This document shows, in pieces, positions 9,869 through 20,325 of a stretch of DNA of 64,000 nt. Each line of letters begins with the position of its first letter. Position 1 is the first letter of the stretch. The DNA comes from a virus, in IMG/VR virus record IMGVR_UViG_3300042402_003577, positions 32,001 through 96,000 of that record. One strand, written 5' to 3'. The notes below the pieces were generated by a model. That model searched no databases. It had not been told where the DNA came from and saw only the letters and a list, made by a program, of their open reading frames with translations. A program made the translations under genes and the position numbers.

Positions 9869-9905
9869 TTCTTTATATTTTATTTTTTATTTACTTAATT
9901 ATTAA

Positions 9906-11687
9906 TTAAAAAGTATAACTACTAGCATCAACTACTTTTGGAATTGCAGTAACTAAAGGTGCATATATTACTGAATTAAAATTTGAATTAAGTGCTGGAC
10001 TTGCACCTGTATTTAAAAAAGTACCAGAATCTATCCAAAATTGTGTACCATTAACAGAAGTTCTAATGCCTGTTGATACATTATTTAAATCAAAAGTGCA
10101 ACCAGCAAAAGTAGAAGTATTGCCATTGTCTTCCCAGATATAAATTCTTTGTGAAGATGGATTTGCTAAAGCATAAGTTGTATTAAATATAAAAGTACAA
10201 TTTTCAAAATTACCAACTCCATTATTCCAACTCTCTATTACCCTATTAGCTTCTATACTTACTTGATATAATGTAACTTTACTTGATACATTATAAACGC
10301 CAAGTGAAGGAGTATTATAATTATAAGATGTAACTTTACCACCAGTCATTTTAAAATTACTTGCACCTGTAATACAAAAATATTTATTAATATATTCAGA
10401 GTTATTATTTTGATTTACAATATTAACATTAGAATTGGCTGTAAGATTAAAAGCTGTTTGAAAGCCTTCAATACAATTTGTACTGACATTATAAAGATTT
10501 TGTACATAAAGAGTACTTTGTTCAACTAAAAAAGCAGTACTTTGTGGTCCCCCAGAATTTCCATTTCTTATAGGAGTGTTAATTATGGTACCAGTACTAT
10601 TTCCTGTTAAAACAAACAAAGCTAAAGCACTAGGATTTGTAAAATCAACAGAACTTTCTGCTAAATATAAACTTGAATCTCTTCCTATAAAAAAATATCT
10701 ATTTACTGTATATGAGCCCCCTGATATAGTAATATTTCCTTGTCTTTCAGCATAAAATACAGGAGAGTTATTTACTGTATTTGAATCTACAAATATACAA
10801 TTATTTAATTGTAAACTAGCTCCTTGTGCTGCAACAAATAATGTTGATGAACTAGAATTGTTAGTTATTTTGACATTTGTTAAAGCAGCATGTGCTCCTG
10901 TAGCATATAATCCTATTATAGGAACATTATTTTCAGAAGCCAAAGTTAAATTACTAAAAGAAATAAATCCTGCTGAAAAACCATGTACTCCTTCTCCAGC
11001 GGACCCTTTAAGTATAACATTATCTTTAACCCCTGACAAAGACTCTACATATAATACATTTTTGTCAAGCAATAATGTATCAAATTCATATTGAGAATTT
11101 AAAATATATGTACCATTCTCTAATCTTAAAGTAATATTAGAATCATCAAAATGATATTTTGATAATTCAGCTAAAGCAGTGTTAATATTATTAAAAGGAG
11201 CAGTTTGACTTGCCCCGATAGTTATAGTAGCACTTCCTTGCCAAACAGGTTGTTTATCACTTATTAGTTCTTCTAAATCAGTATACCAGCATTTAATAGT
11301 ATTCCAAATATTATTTAGAGCGACAGTTAAAGAGGATCCTGTAGCAACAATGGTTGCAGTATTATCACAGTTTCTTATATTTGCCCCATCATATTCTACT
11401 GTAGTAGTAGTTGGAGTGGCAGCACATTTAACAGTATCCCAAAGTTGAGATAAGAAAGTGTTAAAGTTAGTTCCTCTAAATATATAATCATTGTCTGCAC
11501 AATCTTTTAGATTGTCTCCTGTATATATTAAACAGTTAGTAGATTGTAATCCACAAGGACATTCTTCTGTAAATTGTTCAGTAGCACAAGTGCAAGTAGT
11601 TGTACAATTGCAAGTAGGAGTTACTTGAGTACAACTTTGGCACTGGGAACAACTTGAGCAATTACAGTTTGGATAATTATTACACAT
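9906..11687 (-). CDS. Tail spike/fibre with beta-helix (pectin-lyase-like) domain
   Basis: Cys-rich N-terminus; PFNNINTAL...ITLRLENGTY cap followed by Asn/Ser/Thr-rich beta repeats. Confidence 0.6.
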   Translation of the reverse strand: MCNNYPNCNCSSCSQCQSCTQVTPTCNCTTTCTCATEQFTEECPCGLQSTNCLIYTGDNLKDCADNDYIFRGTNFNTFLSQLWDTVKCAATPTTTTVEYDGANIRNCDNTATIVATGSSLTVALNNIWNTIKCWYTDLEELISDKQPVWQGSATITIGASQTAPFNNINTALAELSKYHFDDSNITLRLENGTYILNSQYEFDTLLLDKNVLYVESLSGVKDNVILKGSAGEGVHGFSAGFISFSNLTLASENNVPIIGLYATGAHAALTNVKITNNSSSSTLFVAAQGASLQLNNCIFVDSNTVNNSPVFYAERQGNITISGGSYTVNRYFFIGRDSSLYLAESSVDFTNPSALALFVLTGNSTGTIINTPIRNGNSGGPQSTAFLVEQSTLYVQNLYNVSTNCIEGFQTAFNLTANSNVNIVNQNNNSEYINKYFCITGASNFKMTGGKVTSYNYNTPSLGVYNVSSKVTLYQVSIEANRVIESWNNGVGNFENCTFIFNTTYALANPSSQRIYIWEDNGNTSTFAGCTFDLNNVSTGIRTSVNGTQFWIDSGTFLNTGASPALNSNFNSVIYAPLVTAIPKVVDASSYTF

Positions 11688-11714
11688 ATTATTATTATTT
11701 TTTATTATTATTTA

Positions 11715-12746
11715 TTATGAACAACCTAGCCACTGGATAGGAATAGCTTGTATATGAACAGGTTGGGTGTTTATGGATTGAACACTAGAATTTATAGTAC
11801 TTCCTGTAAATGACCCAGTACCATTACCTGTAAATGTATGAGAGTGTAATCCTGAAGATCCTATTAATTTGGAGGAAGTATGACAAGCACCACTTGCTAA
11901 ACCCTCTTGATCTATACCCGCATTTCCACCACAAAAATCATCATTACCGAAAGGAATACCGTCAGTACAATTTCCACAAAAATTATCCTCATCTGCATCA
12001 TTAAAAATCATTCTATGCTTATGATTACCCGCCTCATTTGTAGTACCTGTTACGGTAAAATTAGCATTGGTGGTAAAAGATACAGGTGGAATATTTTGAG
12101 CACCTAAAGTTACTGAATTATTACCACTAGGAGTTGTAATTGCACTAGGGCCATATTTTATAAAATTATTTAAAGCATTTATAGTTGTATATGTAACTCC
12201 TCCTATAGTATGAGATTGTCCATTAGCTATAGCCCATCCTGCTACAGGACCATTAGACAATCCTAATCCAGTAGGCCCAAAATCGGTAGGTAAACCAAAA
12301 TAAGGTAATATTGTTTTTGGAGGAACAAGCCCATTTACTTTAAAAGTTTTTAAACTAGGTGTTTCAGTTAAAGTAACTCTACTTGGATCACAAGCGGTAA
12401 CTGTAACAGGTTTTGTTAATGCTAAATTATTTACTTGATTTTGTAAAGTAGTTAATTGAGTATTTAATATTTGTAATTGAGTACAATAAGCAGACTCAGT
12501 ATCTAATATACTTTGTAATACTGTTAATAAAGAAGTTTTAGTTAAATTAATACAAGGACTATTTTCTACTAAACTTGACATATCTAATTGACTTTGTAGT
12601 AATCCAATACAATTATCAAACTTAGCAATTACAGATGTAAGCAACTCTCCATTAGTAATAGTATTACCATTACAAATAATTAAATCTGGACCTGAATATT
12701 GAATTAATCCAGTGTTACTTTCTAAAGGGTTACAATCTACACACAT
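11715..12746 (-). CDS. Tail fibre with collar domain
   Basis: Coiled coil, then P..TILPYFG...GWAIANG collar motif and HxH tip motifs. Confidence 0.65.
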   Translation of the reverse strand: MCVDCNPLESNTGLIQYSGPDLIICNGNTITNGELLTSVIAKFDNCIGLLQSQLDMSSLVENSPCINLTKTSLLTVLQSILDTESAYCTQLQILNTQLTTLQNQVNNLALTKPVTVTACDPSRVTLTETPSLKTFKVNGLVPPKTILPYFGLPTDFGPTGLGLSNGPVAGWAIANGQSHTIGGVTYTTINALNNFIKYGPSAITTPSGNNSVTLGAQNIPPVSFTTNANFTVTGTTNEAGNHKHRMIFNDADEDNFCGNCTDGIPFGNDDFCGGNAGIDQEGLASGACHTSSKLIGSSGLHSHTFTGNGTGSFTGSTINSSVQSINTQPVHIQAIPIQWLGCS

Positions 12747-12790
12747 ATTGTTTTAATTAATTTACAAACTTATAAATAAATTTTATCTTT

Positions 12791-13423
12791 TTAACTATTG
12801 TTTTCTATTAAATGAGTAATTGGTTTTAAGTTTAGACATTGCAAAGTAGAAAAAACCTCAAAAGGAACATATTCATAAGCAAAGGTTTCAGTATACAAAT
12901 AAGATTCATTAGAAAAGATTTCATTATTAATAGCATCATACTGGAAATTAAAAAATCCTAAATAGTTTGCTTTTTCTAATATTTCTAATACTTTTGCTAC
13001 ATCTGCTACAGTATTTATTTGACAATTTATCCATAAAGAATAAATATAAAACCCTTCTGTATTAGGTATTGGAGGTAATTCAAATCTAAATTCTTTTGAA
13101 GTGTCAACAGTTTTAGTAATTGTTTTCACTATTAACTCAACTTTATTACCAACAATTTTATTGAATCTTTTTATAGTTTTAACGGTACCCTCTTCATTGC
13201 TAGTACAACTAAAAAATAACTTACTCATTTCTGGTAAGTTAAAGTTATTTTCTAATAATTGCTTTATGTAAATTAACTTTTGTAGTTTATCCTTACAAAC
13301 TTTATATCCGTAAGTTTCTGATCTACAGAAAGATTGCACTAATTTTGAAATTTGAGCATCTAAATTACACAATAAATCTTTATAAGTACTTAATGTCATC
13401 TTTTTATTTATTTGCAGCCACAA
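12791..13423 (-). CDS. Hypothetical virion protein (likely start ATG 13399)
   Basis: Operon position; annotated TTG start overlaps upstream gene. Confidence 0.5.
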   Translation of the reverse strand: MWLQINKKMTLSTYKDLLCNLDAQISKLVQSFCRSETYGYKVCKDKLQKLIYIKQLLENNFNLPEMSKLFFSCTSNEEGTVKTIKRFNKIVGNKVELIVKTITKTVDTSKEFRFELPPIPNTEGFYIYSLWINCQINTVADVAKVLEILEKANYLGFFNFQYDAINNEIFSNESYLYTETFAYEYVPFEVFSTLQCLNLKPITHLIENNS

Positions 13424-13974
13424 TCAATGTTTAGCACCTCTAATTTGTATTGAAGGCATTCATATATTTCCGTGGCAGTTTCTTTTTTACAAAGACTGGC
13501 AGAAGATTTTAATCCTTCTCTATATAGTTTCAAAGTCTCAATATCTCTTGTTTCTTGTCTTAATTTACCTGTACAATCATTTTCATTGCAACATTTATTT
13601 TGTAAAAGATCTAAGGTTCTTTTATCAATAGTGCAGTCTAATTGGCATGTATTAAAATAGCAAAAAGTTTCGCTATTAGTTACAATAGGGCTATTAGGCT
13701 CTAATTGCTGCTCAACCACTAATTCTAAAGTATAATAGCCTTCTGCTATATCTTGTAAATATTTACTAAGATTAGTTTGTTGGCCTAGATTTTTAGCATT
13801 TAAAATAAGCTGGCCTTCAAAAGGAATTAATAATTTTATAGTTTCAGTTTGACCTGGAACTAATATATTAACATAGGTAGATACAATATTGCCTAATGTC
13901 AAATCGTACTCAGAAGTATTATTTACATAAATATACTTGCAACTATGCTGACTAAATTCTAAATTTAAATTCAT
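13408..13974 (-). CDS. Putative tail hub/fibre-attachment protein
   Basis: L.DI.EGYY motif and Cys-rich C-terminus; synteny with crAss tail genes. Confidence 0.45.
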   Translation of the reverse strand: MNLNLEFSQHSCKYIYVNNTSEYDLTLGNIVSTYVNILVPGQTETIKLLIPFEGQLILNAKNLGQQTNLSKYLQDIAEGYYTLELVVEQQLEPNSPIVTNSETFCYFNTCQLDCTIDKRTLDLLQNKCCNENDCTGKLRQETRDIETLKLYREGLKSSASLCKKETATEIYECLQYKLEVLNIDCGCK

Positions 13975-13975
13975 T

Positions 13976-14644
13976 TTATTTATTTTTGAAACTTTCGTAT
14001 AAGTTTAATATTTCTTCTACAATTGGATCTCTATGGTTAGTTTTTAAAACAATTTTACTAAATTTTTTCAACCCTTGTTCTTGTAAAAATTCTAAAAATT
14101 TTATTCCTGATGTTACTCCTTTACTTAAATCTATTTGATTAACGTCTCCACATAACATCATCTTGCTTCCTTTACCCAATCTCTCCATCACCATTTTTAC
14201 TTGGCTTTCAGTAGTATTTTGCACTTCATCCACTATAATTACAGCTTCACAAAATGTACTTCCCCTCATATACGCAAAAGGTTTTATTTGTATAGACCCT
14301 TCCTTTATCATGTTATCTATCTTATCTTTTTTATACAAAGCATAAAAATTTTGATAAATAGCTTGCACATAAGGATCTAATTTATCTTCTAACCCTCCTG
14401 GCAAAAAACCTAGTTTTTCTCCTGCTTCTAAAGCGGGCCTTGTTATTATAATGTGCTTAACTTGTTTCTTAAAAAACAAATCTAAGGCTACTTGACAAGA
14501 TACTAAAGTCTTTCCACTTCCTGCTTTTCCTGCAATATATGTTATACTATTTTCTAGTATAACAGATTTTGCTTGTTTTTGTTCCTCATTTAAACTAACT
14601 TGGAACCTTATATTTTTTTCTCTTTCATTTGCAAAGTCTGGCAT
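13976..14644 (-). CDS. phoH: PhoH-family ATPase
   Basis: GKAGSGKT, ITRP, LGFLPG, YMRGSTF, DEVQN, GDVNQID, HR motifs. Confidence 0.92.
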   Translation of the reverse strand: MPDFANEREKNIRFQVSLNEEQKQAKSVILENSITYIAGKAGSGKTLVSCQVALDLFFKKQVKHIIITRPALEAGEKLGFLPGGLEDKLDPYVQAIYQNFYALYKKDKIDNMIKEGSIQIKPFAYMRGSTFCEAVIIVDEVQNTTESQVKMVMERLGKGSKMMLCGDVNQIDLSKGVTSGIKFLEFLQEQGLKKFSKIVLKTNHRDPIVEEILNLYESFKNK

Positions 14645-14692
14645 AAATATAATTTAGATGTATTGCAAATATGAGAATTAATTTTGAGTTTA

Positions 14693-14980
14693 CTAAATAA
14701 AAGTTTGAGTTAATTCTCCGTTTAAATTATATATAACGTGTAATTTATTTTTATTTTCTGGTATATAAGTTGCAGAGATTAATTCAAATGTATTTTTTTT
14801 ATTTAAAGTTTTTTCAAAACTAGCAAATGCACTAGAAGCTGCTTTTTTATCTGCTGCTGAAGGAGTGCTTTCTACTCTTTCAATAGTAGTTTTAACTAAT
14901 TTAGTTTCTTCATTCTTAGTTTGAATGGCATTTGGAGTTATTTCTACCCAATTGTTATTTTTTAATTCTAAATATTTCAT
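14693..14980 (-). CDS. Hypothetical protein
   Basis: ORF within operon. Confidence 0.5.
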   Translation of the reverse strand: MKYLELKNNNWVEITPNAIQTKNEETKLVKTTIERVESTPSAADKKAASSAFASFEKTLNKKNTFELISATYIPENKNKLHVIYNLNGELTQTFI

Positions 14981-14984
14981 GTTG

Positions 14985-16394
14985 TTATATATTATTTGTT
15001 GTTGAACCTAATCCATAATTAATAGGGTTGTTAGTTGCATCTGTACAATAAATAGCTGTACCTGGGCCTGCTGGATTCATACCTTTTGTATAAGCAGCAT
15101 ATCCACCCATTCCACTTTGTGAACCTCCTATCCATCCTCCAAGACCATTACATACACAATAGTAAAAAGTACCATTAGCAAAATTAGTACCAAAAGAGTT
15201 TTCATCAGCAACACAATTAAAATATTGTCCTCCTGCAATTAAACTAGGCCAACCTTGTAAACCTGCACCAAATGAATTTATTCCTGCTCTACAATTTTTA
15301 TAAGTACCATTTGCTTGGTCAGCACCAAAAGATTCTATACCTGCTGTACAATTTGTAAATACAACATCAGTTGCTACAATTCTAACTCCAAATGAAAAAT
15401 CTCCTGCTTTGCAATCCGTAAAAGTAGTACTATAAATTTCAGAAACTGTACCTATATCAGAAGTTTTTCCAAATGAATTTTCATTGGCTTTACAATTTCT
15501 AAACGTACAACCTTCAATATAAGTACCAAAAGAACCTTCTTCTGCAGTACAATTAATAAAATTACTGTTCATTAATGTAGAAATTCCATTTGTTCTTCCG
15601 AAAGAATAACTTGTAGCACTACAATTGGTTAATGTTGAAGAGTTAATACTATTATTAGTTCCAAAAGAATCTCCAGAGTTAGATTTACAATCGGTTAAAT
15701 TACAACCTAATAAATCATGATAACCAAAACTACTAAATCCTGCTGTACAATTTTTTAAGTCACAACTAGATAATGTATATCCAAATGACCAATCTTCTGC
15801 TGCACAATTTTCTAAAGTAGAAGCTGCTAAAATTTGTCCATTATCAGCATCTCCAAAAGAATATAATCCTCCTACACAATTTTTAAAATTACCTGCAACA
15901 TCTCCGCTTGTACTAGGATTAGAAAAGTTATAATCTCCACCAATTATATTTTCAAAATAATTATTACTATAAGCACTATTAATTGTAATAGCTTGACTAC
16001 CTAAGTTAAACCCTTTTATAATAATATCTGAAGAATCCACTATAATAGCAGTATTACTGCTAGAACAAGTTAAAAATACATCTGCATCTCCTGTTAGTGA
16101 AACTAAATCTATATAAGGAGTGTCCATTTCTAAAGAATCAAAAAAAGTATACTTTCCTGGAGCTACTAATACAGTCATTCTGTTAGTATCAGACAAAAGT
16201 TGCCCATTTGGAGTAACTGTTTTTGCAAAAGCTAATTTGTCTACTAATTCAGTACCATTACTAAGAGTATTCAAAAGATTACCATAAACTACTATATAAT
16301 TATTACCTTTTAGTTGATCTTTTGCTTCTAGTTTATCAATAACTGATACATATAAACTATTTCCTAAGTCTGAATTTGTTATTAATGTTGCCAT
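14985..16394 (-). CDS. Beta-solenoid repeat virion protein
   Basis: More than 10 repeats of F.NC.A...SFG after VLVAPGKY cap. Confidence 0.6.
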   Translation of the reverse strand: MATLITNSDLGNSLYVSVIDKLEAKDQLKGNNYIVVYGNLLNTLSNGTELVDKLAFAKTVTPNGQLLSDTNRMTVLVAPGKYTFFDSLEMDTPYIDLVSLTGDADVFLTCSSSNTAIIVDSSDIIIKGFNLGSQAITINSAYSNNYFENIIGGDYNFSNPSTSGDVAGNFKNCVGGLYSFGDADNGQILAASTLENCAAEDWSFGYTLSSCDLKNCTAGFSSFGYHDLLGCNLTDCKSNSGDSFGTNNSINSSTLTNCSATSYSFGRTNGISTLMNSNFINCTAEEGSFGTYIEGCTFRNCKANENSFGKTSDIGTVSEIYSTTFTDCKAGDFSFGVRIVATDVVFTNCTAGIESFGADQANGTYKNCRAGINSFGAGLQGWPSLIAGGQYFNCVADENSFGTNFANGTFYYCVCNGLGGWIGGSQSGMGGYAAYTKGMNPAGPGTAIYCTDATNNPINYGLGSTTNNI

Positions 16395-16419
16395 TTTTTA
16401 TATTTTTATTTTATTATTA

Positions 16420-17013
16420 TTAATATCCCCACCCTAAAGTATTTCCTGCTAAATCAAATAGTTCCACTGTAGTTCCATTTGTGTTAGTAGGAAGTATATA
16501 TCCTATTAAGTTACCCGCTAAATCATTTAGCACAACTGTTGCTTCAGGACAAATAGTATTATTAGGAAATATGTATGCAATATGATTGCCTGCTAAGTCT
16601 AATAAATCAACTGTAGCATTTGCTAAATTACATCCACCACAAGACACTAATCCACAACAGATTAGCAAATTAGTTACTATTTTGTCAAAGTTCAAAGTTT
16701 CAATAGTAGCTTTTGGTCTAATTTGACCTCCATCTATCCACCATTGAAAATCAGTTGAATCTACACAAAGTGTAGTACCTGCTTTACAGTTATATATATC
16801 CAATATAAGCTTCGTAAGAGAAATAAATTTATTATTAGGTCTTTTATTAGATTTAATTATATATGCTTTCTTTAAATAGGTATTTGAAGTAGCATCACAA
16901 GTTAGACTATAGCAATTAAATATATCACATAATATATTGCTGAAACTGGTATAGCCTGCTAATTTAGCAGCCTTACCTTGTCCCTTAAAAATTGCTTCTG
17001 ATATTATGTACAT
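16420..17013 (-). CDS. Cys-rich virion decoration protein, paralog 3
   Basis: Shared N-terminal module with next two ORFs; 3x L.DLAGN repeat tail. Confidence 0.5.
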   Translation of the reverse strand: MYIISEAIFKGQGKAAKLAGYTSFSNILCDIFNCYSLTCDATSNTYLKKAYIIKSNKRPNNKFISLTKLILDIYNCKAGTTLCVDSTDFQWWIDGGQIRPKATIETLNFDKIVTNLLICCGLVSCGGCNLANATVDLLDLAGNHIAYIFPNNTICPEATVVLNDLAGNLIGYILPTNTNGTTVELFDLAGNTLGWGY

Positions 17014-17025
17014 GCAGTCTATTTA

Positions 17026-17841
17026 TTAAAAAGTAACAGTGTTTACATCTGCAGTTAAATCTGCCTGAACACCAGCACTAGGTTGGTCAGAAGTTTGTTG
17101 ACTTGAACTATTCCAAGTACCTTTTGGTAGAGTACCTTGTAAGAATAATCCCCCTAAAATATCTAATCCATCAGTGTTAAACTCTTGACCAGAAATATCT
17201 ATATAAGAAGTTTCTATAGGTAGAGTAGTTATTGAAAATAATTGAGGATTAGCTAAGAATGTAAAGTCTAGTATTTCTGCACCAGAAATAGATGCTGCAA
17301 GGTAATCTCCTTGTTTTGCAAAATTACTTACAACTGGAGTTCCATTACCCATAGCAACTAATAATGCTAGGAAATCAGCTTCACTTGCAACTCCTGCTGT
17401 TGGCCAACCTTCTGCGTATGCTCTAAAATTTAAAGGAGTACATGTATTAATAATACCACAACAATTTAAAACTTTTTCTATAATTGGTGTAAAATTAATA
17501 GTTTCTATAGTTTTTGCGGGTCTAATTACATCTGTAGTAATCCACCATTGAGCACTTCTTGACCCTGGACATAATGTTGTACCTGTAAAACAGTTATAAA
17601 CATCTAACACTAATTTGTTTAGAGATTGCCAATTAGCTCCTGGTTTTTTTCTTCCGTAAAGTAAAGAGGATTTTCTTAGAAAATAATCTGATTTGCTGGC
17701 AAGTAGTCCATTGCAACAAGTTATACCAAAACAAGAGAATATGTCTCCCATTAAGTCGGACATATTAACAAAAGCTCCTTGATTTACAAGTTTATGTTTT
17801 CCTTTATAAATTGTCTCTGAAATAATATTAATTCTTTTCAC
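17026..17841 (-). CDS. Cys-rich virion decoration protein, paralog 2 (GTG start)
   Basis: N-terminal ~130 aa highly similar to 17885-18973. Confidence 0.55.
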   Translation of the reverse strand: MKRINIISETIYKGKHKLVNQGAFVNMSDLMGDIFSCFGITCCNGLLASKSDYFLRKSSLLYGRKKPGANWQSLNKLVLDVYNCFTGTTLCPGSRSAQWWITTDVIRPAKTIETINFTPIIEKVLNCCGIINTCTPLNFRAYAEGWPTAGVASEADFLALLVAMGNGTPVVSNFAKQGDYLAASISGAEILDFTFLANPQLFSITTLPIETSYIDISGQEFNTDGLDILGGLFLQGTLPKGTWNSSSQQTSDQPSAGVQADLTADVNTVTF

Positions 17842-17884
17842 GTTTTTATTTTTTTATTAAATTTTTTATTTTAATTATTTAATA

Positions 17885-18973
17885 TTAAGGAATTATTGTA
17901 CAGTTTTTAGTTAGCAATATAGCCTCTAAGTTTGTTCCTGTAACAGAATTCACATTTCCTGTTAAATTTACACTACAAGTTCCTGCAAAACTAGGTTGAG
18001 CATTTGCCCAAGGCTCACTAGCTGTATATCCTGCAGTAGTCATTTGGTTGCTGCTTAAAAATAAAAATTGCAACGAAACAGGCAACGCAATACTAGGATT
18101 AAAGTCTACTATTTGGTTAAAACTTAAATATAGTTCTATTAAACTACTAGGCAACGCAATGCTAGGGTTGAATGTTACTATTTGGTTGTTGGCTAAATAT
18201 AGTTCTTCCAACGAATTAGACAATGCAATACTAGGATTAAAAGTTGTTATTTGGTTAAAACTTAAATATAAACGTCTCAGCCCGTTTATAACTCCTATTT
18301 TCTCTACATTTACTATTGTGTTATAACTTAAATTAAACTTAGTAGCATCTGCTGTTAAATTACATTGGATTCTATCACCTGTTTTTACAAAATCTGTAAT
18401 AACAATGTTTGTGAAGTCATTTGCGCTAAAATTACCTAGACTATCATACCCGTTTGTTAACCATTGCTGAAAAGTAGCTTGATTTGTAACGGGATAAGGA
18501 TTAAGACTATTATCTAATAATATACTCCAATCCATAGTTAAATCAAAATTGTAAGGTGAACTTACAGGTGCACAACAATTTAATATCTCACAACAAGTGA
18601 GAACTTTAATTATTATATTTGTAAAATTAATTGTTTCAACAGTTTTTCTTGGTCTAATAACGTCTGTAGTTATCCACCACTGTTCTTTTTTACTAGGGCA
18701 TAATGTTGTTCCTGCACAACAATTATAGACATCTTTTACAATTTTCTCTAAAGAAGTCCAGTTAGCTCCTGGTTTTTTTCTACTATAAATCAATGCAGAC
18801 TTTCTTATAAAATAATCTGATTTTTGTAAATTATTGCCATTACACGCACAAGTTAGACCATTACAAGCGAATATATCATTTATAAGATCTGAAAAGTTAA
18901 TAAATGCCCCCTGATTGACAAGTTTTTGTTGTCCTTTATAGATAGTCTCTGAAATAATATTAATTCTTTTCAT
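17885..18973 (-). CDS. Cys-rich module plus leucine-rich repeat protein, paralog 1
   Basis: 24-aa LRRs L..LYLSFNQI..FNPSIALP (72-bp tandem repeats, ~18050-18270). Confidence 0.7.
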   Translation of the reverse strand: MKRINIISETIYKGQQKLVNQGAFINFSDLINDIFACNGLTCACNGNNLQKSDYFIRKSALIYSRKKPGANWTSLEKIVKDVYNCCAGTTLCPSKKEQWWITTDVIRPRKTVETINFTNIIIKVLTCCEILNCCAPVSSPYNFDLTMDWSILLDNSLNPYPVTNQATFQQWLTNGYDSLGNFSANDFTNIVITDFVKTGDRIQCNLTADATKFNLSYNTIVNVEKIGVINGLRRLYLSFNQITTFNPSIALSNSLEELYLANNQIVTFNPSIALPSSLIELYLSFNQIVDFNPSIALPVSLQFLFLSSNQMTTAGYTASEPWANAQPSFAGTCSVNLTGNVNSVTGTNLEAILLTKNCTIIP

Positions 18974-19042
18974 GTATATTTATATTTTATTTAACAAAAA
19001 TAAGTATTAATTTTTATATTATAAAAATTATGTTATGTGTAT

Positions 19043-19080
19043 AAAAAAAAATAGGCGGCAAAGTTTCCTCTGCCACCTAC
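19043..19080 (-). terminator. Intrinsic terminator
   Basis: TAGGTGGCAGAG-GAAA-CTTTGCCGCCTA plus T-run. Confidence 0.8.
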
Positions 19081-19127
19081 TCCACACACAAAACAATATA
19101 TTAATTAATTTTACTTAATAATATTTT

Positions 19128-20303
19128 TTATATACAATTTAGGCTAATTGTTTTACCACAAGGCCCTGTAGTAACAAAAGCATTCAAAGTAGCTTCTACT
19201 GCTGTTTGAGTAGTAGTATGTGCTTCTGGAACTAGAATAGTTGTGATAAAGTTTGGATGCCAGTTCATACTGTTTGCATTCTCATTTGGAGAAACTGTAT
19301 GGTATCCTAGTACATATTGGCAATATGATTGATTACAGTCAACTAGCAAGTTTTTAGTTCTTGATACGTTCAATTGAGCATAGTAAGGAGCTCCTGTAGT
19401 TTCAACTTCGCTGTTCAAACCATCAAAGCCTGTACCGCCTGGCATTTCAAGATACTCTTCCCACTGCAATTTAGCACCGTGACCTTCTGGTAATCTCATT
19501 CCTGTATTATCTACAGAAACACTTGTAGAATTTGGAGCCCATGCTGAACCTAAGATAACTTGGATAGCTCCAATAGTGTATCTATCAACAATAGCTTCTG
19601 CTGGAGGGAAACATCCACAATCTGCAGTGTTTACTTTGAAAGTAACTTCGATTGCACAAGAGAAACCTGCCGCTGGAGTAATTGGAGAAACTGGGTCTGC
19701 AGAAGTTCTTACTTCTTGAACATATTTAGACAACAACTCGTTTCCTTCAATTTCTGCTTTCAATTTCAAAGCAACTTCTTCACAGTCATGTGTATAATTA
19801 CAATCACCATCGCAAGAAGGACACTCTTCTGATTGAACAGAAATCAATTCTACATGGTATCTGTTTTCTGGGTAGAAAAAGTTCAATGTAGGATCGTTAA
19901 TTCTGATTCCAATAGAATAGTTTTGTGAACAATCTGTACAAGAGAAGTTAAACTTCGCTTTGTTAGACTGTCCAGTTTGAGGAGCTTTTACACTTGCATC
20001 ATCCATTGAACAAGATGTAATAGTCTCACCTGAAGCCAATCTTACATTGTCTGAACTTGTTTTAGAAAGATTTTTATCTACTCCAATTGCAATAAAAATA
20101 GATTTTACTCCTACAATAGTAGTAGCATCTACCGCTGTATTGGTTTCAGCGTTGTAAAAACCAATTTGACCTGGTCTTAGTAAGTATTGTTTAGTAGTAG
20201 CATTGTAAAATGCAGTACCCGTTGCAACAATACCGTATCCTGTCGCACTACCTGCTACTGCGGCAGTTGGAAGGAACATTTGTTTTTGAATTCTTGATCT
20301 CAT
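19128..20303 (-). CDS. Auxiliary capsid/structural protein (crAss-type)
   Basis: Conserved position downstream of MCP block; EG.G..LQ..E motif; highly expressed codon style. Confidence 0.55.
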   Translation of the reverse strand: MRSRIQKQMFLPTAAVAGSATGYGIVATGTAFYNATTKQYLLRPGQIGFYNAETNTAVDATTIVGVKSIFIAIGVDKNLSKTSSDNVRLASGETITSCSMDDASVKAPQTGQSNKAKFNFSCTDCSQNYSIGIRINDPTLNFFYPENRYHVELISVQSEECPSCDGDCNYTHDCEEVALKLKAEIEGNELLSKYVQEVRTSADPVSPITPAAGFSCAIEVTFKVNTADCGCFPPAEAIVDRYTIGAIQVILGSAWAPNSTSVSVDNTGMRLPEGHGAKLQWEEYLEMPGGTGFDGLNSEVETTGAPYYAQLNVSRTKNLLVDCNQSYCQYVLGYHTVSPNENANSMNWHPNFITTILVPEAHTTTQTAVEATLNAFVTTGPCGKTISLNCI

Positions 20304-20325
20304 TTTTAAATTTATTTAAGGTTTG

